From NCBI GenBank assembly GCA_010093605.1, contig MU004189.1, positions 1,185,834-1,249,833 on the forward strand: 64,000 bases of DNA, read 5' to 3'. Source of the DNA: Lophium mytilinum (lineage: Eukaryota). The translations under genes and the position numbers were made by a program. The stretch's first letter is position 1, and the number at the start of each line of letters is the position of its first letter. This document shows, piece after piece, positions 38,641 through 50,615 of this stretch. The notes below the pieces were generated by a model. The model was not told where the DNA came from and ran no database searches. It saw only the letters and a list, made by a program, of their open reading frames with translations.

Positions 38641-41600
38641 ATATATTTATTCTAGACTATATATTATAGGCACTATTAATATATAAGTAACCTTTCTAGA
38701 GGTATTATAAGTATTTATATTTTATTTACTATAAAGGGTAGTATATCTATAATTAATTATAATAGAGTTATATAACTAATCTCTATTAGTCTTTAAGATA
38801 TAAGAATATAAAGCTATTTAATAAAAATTAGACTTCTATTAGTTACTAGTTTTAACGTCCCTAGAGCTTCTTACTCTCCGCTTCCTTCTTATATAGTAGT
38901 CGCGCCCCTTTCTAAAAGCTTAGGCCTACTATATTATTTTCCTTCTCTAAGGTATTAGTAGCGCTAAATAAGATATTAGAGAGATATCTTAGAGGCTATA
39001 GAACTAGCCCTTATAGCTCTTCTACTATTATAGTAGCGCCTATCTAGAAGAAATAGATTATAATTATCTTATATAAGCTCTTAATTATAATATACTAATA
39101 GCGTTCTAGCACTTAGCGGTCGCTCCCCTAAAGTAAATAGAGGCCGGTAAGTTTACTATTCTTATAGAAGCGCTTTGCCCGCGTTAACTTAGAAGTTTTA
39201 TCTAGTATTTTAGCTAGATATTTAATAGGGAGAAGGTAGAATAATTCCTTAGTCTTTAAAATAACTAGAGATAGGCCTAGTATTATCTAGAGTATCTACT
39301 TACTCTATAAGATATATTAAAGGTAGAAAACTAGAGTTATACTTAAGGGTAGGTTTAAAAGAGTATTATAGGCAAGATATTATATATAGTAACTAGTACT
39401 TAAAAAGCGCCGGCGGCTAGTATTACTCTACACGTAATTAATATATATAAGGGCGGGAAATAATAGCCTAGAATATTATAAGTTAGTTATTATAAGTATT
39501 TTAAGAACTAAATATTATGCCTTACTCTAGCTCTAGCTCTAGCTGCGTTTTCTTCTTTCCCCTTATCTAGGTGTCCCTGCTAGAAAGATAGAAGAAGAAG
39601 CCTTTTTTCTATTTAGTAGCTACCTTATTAAAAGCTAGTATTATTAGTATATAGAAAGAAAGGCGCCGCGTATTTATACTATTAGGTAACTTATTAGATA
39701 CTTCCCGGCTTATTTATTTACTAAAGGTTAGCTTTAGAAAGTAGTATTCTAAAGAAAGCTTATAAAGCTATACCTCTTGCCCGCTATTATCTCTCCGCTA
39801 ATTTCTTTTTTTTAGCTTTAACTTATTCTATTTCTACTCTAGTCTAATATAGTTTATCTATTTATTCTCCTCTCTATAACTTTTATCTTATTATAGATAG
39901 TCTATAGTTTTCTATATAGAGGCTACTTATATAGCATTATATAATAAGTATTAATATAATAAAAGTATTATATAAGTAGTATATACTCTAGGTAAGATAA
40001 ATAGAGCGCTAACTAAGTATTTACTCTAAATATAACTTTATATTTTCTACCTATATAAGTTATACTTTACTCTATAATAGATAACCTAACCTATAAACTA
40101 CGCTATATAGCTAACTACCTTACTAAACTAGCTAACCTAGCGTGCGCTAATTAAGGTATAAAGCTTTAACTCTTCTATACCCGAGCCTAGAATATTCTTA
40201 AAGAGAATACTATTAACGCCCTAAGCCTTACTAATAACTTTATCTAACTTTTATAAAATAATAACAACCTCTTTTTTACGCGCCTTATTATACTAGAGCT
40301 TAGATATAAAGCGGAGCCGTTAGTAAATCCTCTATAGAAGATTATTATTAAGGTAATATACCTCTAGAACTAGCTATATACTCTCTCTAAGAGTATATAG
40401 AATAACTTTAATTAATAATACCCTTTCTATATAGATAAAAAGCGCATTTTATAGGTAGTAGAAATATATTAAGTAAGTATTCTACTTTTTAATAGTAGCA
40501 GTTTATATTCTAAGAAAAAAGATATAGTAAAGAGGTAGATTAAGGCATATTCTATAAAGAAGAAGTTTAAGAAGGTTAGAAAGGAAAGAGATATAGAGAA
40601 GATTAAGTAGTAATCGAGAAGTAAAATATAAAGAGCTTTTAGTAACTAAATAGAGAAAAGGTAGAGAAGCTTTATATAGATTAGGACCTCTAGGGGGGGC
40701 TTCTATATAATAAGAATATAATAGTATATTAGCTTAGGTATATAGAGAGAGTAGAGCGGGTTATAACTATATAGAAAGTAATTCCCTTATACGCTTTAAT
40801 AAGGGGTCTATAATAGCACGGTATATTAAGTATTTAAATATTTAGCTAGTATAAGTAGAAAGTTTCTAGATATTCTTAAGACTATAATATACTATTTAAA
40901 TTAAAAATTATCCTATAAGAATTTATTTAGGTTAAATACTATATAGCATATATCTATAGTTCTAAATAGTCTTAACCTACTACTAATTAACGCGTCCTGC
41001 ACCGCTCTATCTAAAATAATTCTTCTATCTACTTCTAGGCTTTATAAATATAAATAGTACTAATATAAAAATTATTTATATAATTATAATAAAAGAGAAC
41101 GTTGCCTCTAAGCTAGAGGAAACATTACTTAGACCCCTCTAACTCGAGCTATTAGACCCTAAAGTTTAGAAATTATAAATAAGGCTAAATAATAGACTCT
41201 AACGCTATTTACTTCTATAAGATAGTGCGCGAAACTTACTAGTACGCCCTTATACCGCCTTACTATATTAGCCTAGTACTTAGCCTTATTCTATTAGAAT
41301 AATTCTAATTACTAGCCGCGTTCTACCGTTTTAAATTAAGTAAAGATATCCGCCTAACTATTAGAAAAGTATATAAAGATAAGAACTTTCTAATAGATCT
41401 ACTCTATTAATATAGAGAATATAGTCTAAAGTTGCGCTAGTATAGAGAAAGCCTTAGATAGGCTATTAGTATTAAATATATAGTACCCTCTATAGTCTAG
41501 ATTAGTTTCCTTAAGAAATAAGGTAAATTTAGTCTCTACTATTAACGTCCGCAGCTATTTAAAAGAACGCATAAGATATTCTTTACTAGAAGTTCCTAAT

Positions 41601-43619
41601 AGACGCTATATTAAAAGGCTAGGTATAGAGGGGAAAGATATAAGTAGTAGCTTCTTAGTATTAAAGTAATCTTTAAGTATAGTATTAATATCTTTTAAAT
41701 AGAAAGCCTTACTAGAGGTATTTATATATACTACTCTAGAGCTAGCTTTAGTTATACTACTTATTAGTAAAAGTAGTATTAAAACTAGCTTAAGCTTTAA
41801 AGCTAGCTAGGTTCTAATATAGAAGAATTAGGCCTAGTATAGTAATAGATTAGTATATATAGAGCCCTAAGCCTACTATCTATTTATTAATTAATTAATT
41901 AAATATACCTTTTAATAAGTAGCTTCTAGATAATTATTATATCTATATATAAATGCTCTATATTTTACTTAAATAAATTCCTACTCCTACCTAATACTCT
42001 AAGGAGTAGTCTAGCTATACTATCTTACGGCCATAAAGAGTAAAACTAGTTACTAGCTAAGATTACTACTTTAATAGCCTAATATTTCTAGTAGTACTAT
42101 ACGCGTAGTAATATAATAGTATAATACCTAGTCTCTATAGCTAATAGAAATTATTGCTATATTAACTATTAGTTAGTTTATAATATAAGAGAGTAGATAT
42201 AGTATAGTATCCTTCCTATAATTCTATTCTTATAACCCTTACACCTATATTAGCTAATGCTCGGCACGCTCTAGATCTTTAATATAACTATTTTTATTAC
42301 GTTTAACTTTATAACCTTCTAGAATCTCTATAGTCTATTAGTAATACTACTAGCTAATAGATTATAAAGATTAACTTTAATATACTTTTTAGTTACCGCT
42401 ACTTCTCTTTTAGGTTCTCTCGCAGCAATAATATCTAGCTACGCGAGGCTAATAATATAAGTTTGCAGTAATTTATACTCTTTTTTAATATAAAAACCCG
42501 AGAAATAAATATTAAAAATATATCTTCTTATAAAATAATTATCTCTACGCAATTTAAAGAGCACACCCTTAACTATAGAGACTTTATTTCTCTCCCACTA
42601 TTAAGTATTATATAATTTAGTAACCTTAGCCGTTTTAGCTTCTAGGTTTATATAGGCGCGTAGAGAGGAGACTATTTATTTAATAAATAATTTAAGCTTT
42701 ATACTAGCTTAATTAGAATTAGTAATTCTAATATAAAGCTATTAGAGAAAAAGTAATAAGGTAGTAATATAAGCCGGCTAAGCAATATTCCTCTATAGAA
42801 GTAATAGAAGTTAGCTATCTAGAGCTTAAGAGAAGAAAAGAAAGGCTAGTATTAGTAGGCTGCTTACTAGGTAAGAAGAATAGTAAACTATAGCTATAGT
42901 TAACTATAGTAAGTATATTATAGATAGAATAGAATTATAGGTATTAGTTACCTATAGGCTAGCGGGGTAGTACTAGATTTAGCGAGATAGAATATAGATA
43001 TGCGTAAAATAGTATTTAAGAAATATTACTAATTTTACTAATTATTAGTAATTAGTAACTAAATCTATTAATTATTTTAATATTTATAGATATTTAATTA
43101 GACTACTTACTTAATAGAGGTTATATAAGCCCCTAATAGCTATAAGTTTTAACGTGTTTAGTTATTCTAGATAGGCTACTAACGCGTTAGCAGCTGTAGT
43201 AGTAGGCGCCGCGGCTGTGCAACTAGCTAGTAGGGCCTCGGCTAAACTTTTTATCCTTTCTATTTTATTAGCCTTACTATATTATATATACTTTCTATTT
43301 TAGAAAGAATAGATTAAGGCCTATATAGTAAAATAGAAAGTAAATTAGATCTATTATTATCTATAGAATAATTCTCTTCGCCCTAAGCCTATACGTGCAA
43401 CGTGCATTATTTAGTATATTAAGGGCCCTTTATTCTATTCTTATACTAGATATATATCTTTCTATTAATATAAAATTTAATAATATTAATATTAATATTG
43501 CGTGCGGGATTAATTAAGTATAGGGTAAGGATAACAGCGTTAGTAATAGAAGGGCTAGGGCGTTAAGTACTAAGTATTATAGTAATACTATATTAAGGGC
43601 AATCCTTAGCTATATTAGC

Positions 43620-43727
43620 AGCGATAAGGTTAATAGTAATAAGGTTAATAGTAATAAGGTTAATAGTAATAAGGTTAACGGCAATAAGGTTAATAGTAAT
43701 AAGATTAACAGTAATAAGGTTAATAGT
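43620..43727. repeat. 15-bp tandem repeat, about 7 copies
   Basis: (A/G)G(T/C)(A/G)ATAAGGTTAA(T/C) repeated. The least-mutated bases give GGC GAT AAG GTT AAC. Confidence 0.9.
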
Positions 43728-44199
43728 TAAGAGTGTTAAAATTTATAGTAGGTAATATCTTAGCTATCTAGATGCATAGTAAAATAGAAGGAATAAGGTA
43801 TAAAATAGAAGAGCTATATAATAAAATAGAGAGTATATAGAGTTTATAGTAGAACTATATAGGCAAGTATAGATATAGACTTAGATTTAATTAGATCTAG
43901 TAGACTAATTAGAAGCTAAGAATTATAGACTCTAAGCCTTATAAGTATTAAAATACTAACCTTAATACTAAAACTATATATTACTAAAAACTATTAGAGC
44001 TTCTAGAGTGCCTATAGCCTTTAATCTAAGCAGCCTAAATAGAAACTTAACCTAGGTCTAATACTTTTTTAGGTACCTCTATCTAGCTCTAGCCTAAATT
44101 ACTCTAGTCTAATAACATTACTAGAAAATAGTAGAAAAGGTAATTATTTTATCTATATAGGGCCGGCCACCCGCTAAAAAGAAGAGATTCTACCTAGTA

Positions 44200-45780
44200 T
44201 TCGCCCGTGCCTATTTTACTTATATACTAAGATAGTTCTACTTACCTACTAGGCTACTATAGCTTTCTATTATCTAACTAGTCTATATTCTAGCACCTAT
44301 ATAGCTTACTTATAATAGAAGAGTTATCTTCTTTTAGCTTCTACTACTATAACTTATCTATCTACTGCAAGTTATCTTTATTATCTAAAATCTCTATTCT
44401 TTTATTATCTATACGCTCTAGATTAAACCCTCTTTACTATTATCTTTATTATTAGTATCTGCGTCTCTTATCTATATATCTTTATTATAATCCGTATCTT
44501 TATAGCTTACTAACTAGCTTAATTCCTATCTCTAGTAGCCTACCTACCTATATAGAGTCTTTTAGCTATAGATAACTTAGCTATAGATTTTTTAGTTATA
44601 GATTTATTATCTACTAAAGGTTTTAGATTAGATATAGCTTTATAGGTTTTATTATTATCTTTCTTTTACTTCTTTCTATCGCTAGCATTAGCGGCGTTAT
44701 TATTATTATTCTTAGAATTTAGGACTATAAATCTAGCACGTTCTAGCGTTATTTAACTAATAAGCTTAGCAGGAGCTATTATTCTATTCTTTACCTTTAT
44801 AACCTCTCTTACGGGTATAGAAGTTAGGCTAGATATAATCTAGGCGTTATTATTATTATTATTATTATACTTTTACTTTTACCCGCAGTCTTTAATTAGA
44901 TCTAGTCCTTATATAGAAGCTATAGCTAGTATACTTATAGCTAGTTTACTACTTAGCGGCTTATATGCAGCGTTGTTAATATTACTACTATAATCTTTTT
45001 TCTTCTCTTTAGTATCTAGCCTTATAGGCATTACTCTCTTATAATCTAGATAAGAATTAATATATTTAAGAGCTTATACTTTATTAGTCCTCTTTCTATT
45101 CTTAGGTACTAACTTAATAGCTATCTTTTTTAACTCTTTTAATAACTAGTTACTATATATAAGAGTATTACTCTTATAATATTAGTATTATATAGATCTT
45201 TTACCGCTATAATACTTGCTAATAAGGTCGCATTTATTATATAGCTTTAGCTTCGCCTAAACCCTCTTAGTTTTCTTAAATGCCTTTTAGAACTAGCGTA
45301 TAATATACTATATTAGGGGTATTCTACTTAGGTAAAGCATTTTATATAGGTTAATAAAGGCTTTAGTTAACTTTTTAGTAGTTTCCTTCTAATTATTATT
45401 AGTATAATTACTTTTAAGATAGTTCCCTGCTAAATTTACGCTTTCTAGTAGTAAAAGCCTTTAGGCACTATTACTACATAATTCTAGGCTTAGATAAGGA
45501 TAAGCTTTAAGTATATTGCAATATTAAGGTATTAGATAATTAAGAAGAAGATAGAATATCTTTTCTAGTTATTATCTTGCCGGCTTATATTTTAGCGTAT
45601 AATAGGCTTAATAGAGAACTATAAGTACTACCTTATTACTCTAGTTCTAGCTGCCTTAGAGGCTACTTATAAATAAGTATTAAAGAAGCGTGCTTCTATT
45701 CTAGCACTTTATCTCTATTTTTATCTACTTCTTCTTTACTATATAGAGTAGAAGTATATAACTTATACTACTATATATAA
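44200..45780 (-). pseudogene. Cargo gene with a probable internal Zn(II)2Cys6 cluster, RIP-inactivated
   Basis: Minus 45241-45155: TAT aat aaa TGC x6 TAT x7 TAC x2 TAT x6 TAT. This gives C-x2-C-x6-C-x7-C-x2-C-x6-C if TAT/TAC derive from TGT/TGC. Only one Cys codon is intact. Confidence 0.55.
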
Positions 45781-46899
45781 TTTACTTACTCTACTAGAAC
45801 TAGTCTATTAGTAAAGTTAGTAATAAGAGAGGTAAGATATATAGATTTATAACTTATACTCTAGGTATAAATTCTTTAGTAATATTTTAATAACGTAGTT
45901 ATTATAGTATATTACTATTATAATATTCTATAGAAGTGTATTATTTAGATATATAAATACTACTATCTAACTTCTTAATATTATATAGATTTAGAGAATT
46001 TACTTAATTATACTAAAATTAAATCTTTTAGCGTCTTACATATTATAAATTTCTAGTATTTTTTCTCTAAGTAATATTATTATATAACTATCTTTCTTCT
46101 TTACCTTACTATCTCCCTCTTAATGCGCTTTATCTAGTTATTACAGACTACTATAGTCTAAGCTAGCGGTAGAAGGGCTAATATAGTAGTCTTTATTATA
46201 GGGCGGTAGAGTAGAATTACAACCTATAATAAGATTAGCGGTCGGGTTTAGTAGCTAGTAGTATAGAAGGTAATAACTAGAAGAAAAAATAGATTAGAGA
46301 AGGTAATAAGTTAATTTATATACTTTAAGGTACTATTAAACTCTATAGCCTAAATATTTATCTAGAAGTTATAAGAATCTTCTTAAACTACTTTACTCTA
46401 GTAAGGTAGTAGGGCGGCTCTATATAATTCCCTATATATAATATTATATTATTTATTACCTAAAGTAGTTTAGTATATAAATCTAAGGTATTAAGGTTTA
46501 ACCTTACTATATAGATATTACTATAGACATAGCCTAGGCCCTAAAGCTAGGCCTAGCCCTTAGTATTATTATTCTTATTATAGACGTTCTATAGAGGGCC
46601 TTAAAAATAGTTATATTATTAGCCTCTACTCTATCTTATACCTTCTATACTAATTCTATAGTATACTAGGTATTCTTTATAGCCTATAAAGCCGCTACGC
46701 GTATAGCTACTATATTAGTAAACAACCTATATAATACTAAGGTCCGGGGCGGCTACGCTATATACTATACTATTAATATTAAAATTTAAGTCTAAATAGC
46801 ATTAAAAACAGCTTAAAAAAAGAAGAAATAGGTAAGAAAGGCTTTAAGAGGAATCCGTTAAGATAACTATTAAGGTAGTATATAGCTAATAGAATTTAG

Positions 46900-49800
46900 A
46901 CTATTTCTTTTAGAAGAGCCTATTATATAATACCTTAAGTTTTAAACTATATACTATATAAATTAGAAATCTAGTATAGGCTATACTAAGCCTTTATACT
47001 ATAGAAAAAGGCTATAATATAGATACCCTATTAGAGCTCTATAGCCTTAGCTCTAGAATTTTAGAGGTCCCCGCTATAGTCTTCTAAAGCTACTAATTAG
47101 GGGCGCTTCTAGAGCGGAATATAAAGTAGTAGAATTAGGTATCTATTAGCTATACTATAGGCGTTACCTTAACTAAGCCTTATATTAGTATTTCTAATAT
47201 ACCGGCTTCTAGCTTTCTATATATATACGCCTATTATATATTATACGCTAGAGCCTATAATCTATAGTAGTATCCTCCCCTATATTAATATAATAGCTCT
47301 AGGCCTCTAGCTCTATAACTCTCTCTTTTAATTTAATTACTATAAAATTAAGAGAAACTAGCTAAATAGAAATCTTTCTAAGACGACTAAGAAAAATCTA
47401 AAGAAAATAAAATATAGAAACATTAAGAAAATAAGAAAAAAAGTTATATATCTTTAGATATACACCTAATATTATCTATATACTTATCTACTATTACCTA
47501 AAGAATATTATAAATAGTTATATAGAACTTCTTTTCTATAATCTTCTCTATTTAGAATTTATTGCAAGATATAGCGCCGGAAATATCTTAGAGAGAGCTA
47601 TTAAGAAGAAATAAGTTACTAGTAGTAAGGTTAAGCTTTACGTTACGTTTTAAATATTCTTAGCCTCTAATACCTATCTTCTCTCCCTTATTACGTAGCA
47701 CTATATTAAGGTATTTTTATATATTAATAGAGTCTATTTAATACCGGTCTTTATTATCTATAAGTCTCTTTTTAACTATATTATTATTATTAAGGAAGGT
47801 TAATAGGAAAAGCATTAGATTTATTAGCGGTTTCTCTAGTATTATCTTATCTAGGGAGTAGACTATAAAGAATACTTAGTTCTATTTAGAGCCCTTTTTA
47901 TTAAATAGTAAGGGTAATAATAAAAGGTTTATTATATACTAAAGAGCGGGGATATAAAATTATAGTATAATATAAGTTATATCTAGCCACCTTACTAGAG
48001 ATATAAGTAATAGCGGATATTCCTCCTTAATATAGGGGATAATAATAGCTTTACCCTATAGGTAGCTTCTATTTAAGAAAATATAAGTAAGAATTTTAGA
48101 GTAACTATTAATATACTTGTAAAAGCTTATAGTAAATAGTTCTTATCTATTCTACTCTACTTATTTAATAGAACATTCCCTAAAATCCCCGGATAGAGCT
48201 TTAGTAGGTAATAGAAGGCTAGTAGCTATCTTTTAAAGAAGTAGCTATCTAGCCTTATTACTAAGATCTATAATTCTTTATAATAAAAGGCTCGCACCTT
48301 AGAGATTAAGGTTAAAGGGGCTTCTATAAATATTTATCCCGTCTAGCAGGAAAATAAGTAGGCCTTGTCCCTCTTAATAATAGAAAAGAAAATTAAAGAA
48401 GAATAGCTAGTTAAACTAGAATAACCTTATCTTAACTATTATATAACCGTACTTATATTATATAACATACTAGTTCTTTCTAATCTTTAGAATAAAGTCG
48501 CCTGTAAGTAGCTATATTAGAGAATAAAGCACCCTATATTTAGCCTTAGAAAGCTATTAAATTATTTCTAGTATAACTATATAGAAGCTATTATAATTAC
48601 TATATTTAGCTTAAATTATTCTTAAGATTTCTTACCGCGGTATACTATTTAGGGTTTTCTACTACTAGTTAATTTTTATATAACTTATTAGATTCTTAAC
48701 CTTAGTACTATATATATAATATCTTAGTATTATTCTAATATTACTCTAGTATACTGCGTATAGCGCTAGGGGTACTATAATCTTCTAGATTAGATATAAT
48801 CCTCTACGCCTAAGAGAGTTTTAATAAAGAGCGGCTAATAGTAGGATTTTATTCCTTAGAATAAAGAAAATAAAGTCTAGTACCCTTAGTAAATAGTAGA
48901 TAAATACTATTACTATACTTATTATAACCCAATTATATATAGGAAATCCTATCTTAATATTAATACTAATGCCTATTATACTTAGCTAGGATTTAGCCCA
49001 TCTAATCCTTACTATATTATTAAGAGATATTCTTTTTAAGGCTAGGTTATTTATAGAGATAATTACTATATTATATTCTATAAAGTTAAGAGCTAGAATA
49101 GTTAATAGAAGTAGTCTAGACGCTAGTTTATAGAAAGATATACCTAGCAATATATAGATATTCTACCTAGTAATATCTATTATATAGCCTCTATAGCTGC
49201 TATTATTACTTAACTCTATAATCCCTAGTATTTTATTATTATGTTTACTTATAGGGTTGCGTTTATATTTATTAGCCTTAATCTTAGTATTAGAGTTATT
49301 CTTATTAGCCTTACTCTTATCTACTATATACTTAATATCCCTAGTATATATAGCTTTCTAAGTAAGCCTATAAATAAGTTTCTTAACTATATTAAGATCT
49401 TTTAGGTCTCTTAAATAATCTATTCCCTTCTTTAAGCTTAATATTTAAATTAGCTTATAGTTATAGAATAGCTGCTTAGCTAATTCTCTTAGAAGAACGC
49501 GTAGTAGCGTATTTAAGATATAGAGTATTAGTTACTAGTCTTAATAATAGTGCTATAATTATATATACTATAGAGATCTTATAGAGTTTACTTTATCTTC
49601 TCTCTATTTTTTAGAAGCGACTAGAACGTCTCTTATAGCGGGCCTCTCTTAATCCCCTATACCTGCCCTAGAATATATTAAAGAAGATAATATACGTAGC
49701 TTATTATAGAGCCTAGATCGCTTAAATTAAATATCTAAGTAATCTTATAGTTAGATTTAAGTATTCTATTAGTAGAGATTCTATAGAGCTTTTTAGCTAT

Positions 49801-50070
49801 CTTAAGAACTTTATTCTCTAACTATATCTCTAGAATATAGAGAATAGTTACTATAATTAGTCTAGTAATACTTTTAATCTCCTTCCGGCCTTTATATATA
49901 GGGTCTAACTCCCCCTCTTTTAGCTTATTATCTTATAATTTCTTATCTTCTAACCCTTTATCTTCTAGTCTATTATCTTCTACTATCTCTTCTTTTATTT
50001 TCTAAGCTTTATATATTTCTTAGGGTTTAGTAAGGGGTTTAGTAAGGGGTTTAGTAAGGGATAAGCTATA
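46900..50070 (-). pseudogene. Tyrosine recombinase ('captain', DUF3435-like), RIP-inactivated, intron-containing
   Basis: Minus strand, in order: acidic N-terminus; LV*LAILL*FSF...GTRP at 48419-48360 (cf. captain RVQL...LQ....G.RP, catalytic R); LFTISFYK; EEYPLLLISLVRWL (cf. E..PL..CPV..L); NLMLFL; LRNKGEKIG; LSLRYFRR ending at 47574 ((H/Y)xxR); L*Y(H)S at ~47513-47502; Tyr at 47480 and 47471. It is the first gene, about 0.5 kb from the terminus. Confidence 0.75.
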
Positions 50071-50604
50071 ATATAGTTAATAAATTATATATTCTTCTAG
50101 AGTATTACTAATTAAGTTTATAACCCTTAGATTTAATAGGTACTTCTAGAATAATCTATAAGCTATATTAAAACGTATGCTAGCTAGCTAGAAAAGATAC
50201 TCTAGTAGGTAGAGACTAAAAGTAATAGCTAATATTATATTAAAGGTTATAAAATAAATATATTAATAGATAAATAACGGCCCGGATTACTATAGGGAAT
50301 TCTAATAGTACTAGTAGGCCCTTCTATATAAGATATAAGGTATTTAGTAGATAATAGCGGAGGTATATATAGTAGTTATAAGAAGTATAAAGTTTACTTA
50401 GAATATATAACCCTCTAAATACTATTAGCTATTATTAGTATTTAGGTATAAATATCTAACTATAAGTTATAATATTATTAGTTACAATATTATTTAGCGG
50501 GCAATTTAAAACATGTACCTTGTATTATATACTTCTATTAAACTTTATATACCCCGCACATCTATTAGACTTTATACTGTATACCCGCGCACTGTTATAT
50601 GTAA

Positions 50605-50615
50605 GAAAACCTTAA
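50605..50615. repeat. Right junction: 7-bp TIR GAAAACC plus TTAA direct repeat
   Basis: GTAA GAAAACC(50605-50611) TTAA(50612-50615) CACCTG. Composition returns to normal GC immediately after. Confidence 0.85.

Larger units (their letters stand above)
7072..50611 (-). mobile_element. Giant (~43.5 kb) tyrosine-recombinase element (Starship-like), RIP-inactivated, oriented right to left
   Basis: TTAA direct repeats, GGTTTTC/GAAAACC TIRs and in-frame restoration of the host gene on excision. A YR gene is the first gene at one end, reading inward. Multiple cargo pseudogenes. TpA excess and CpA/TpG loss are confined to the interval. Confidence 0.85.

Noticed and set aside
50020..50060. Telomere-like TTAGGG / TTAGTAAGGGG repeats
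   Set aside because: The period is 12 bp, only one TTAGGG is present, and it reads in frame (T-K/E-P-L) with the acidic N-terminus of the recombinase relic.
7100..50500. Centromere or a nest of LTR retrotransposons
   Set aside because: I saw no LTR pairs or gag/RT/integrase motifs in the frames I read. The block has single matched termini inside a gene and contains cellular-type cargo genes.
7068..50615. piggyBac or Kolobok DDE transposon, suggested by TTAA flanks and GG...CC ends
   Set aside because: No DDE transposase motif was recognised, while a tyrosine-recombinase relic occupies the terminal captain position. A DDE gene hidden by RIP cannot be completely excluded.
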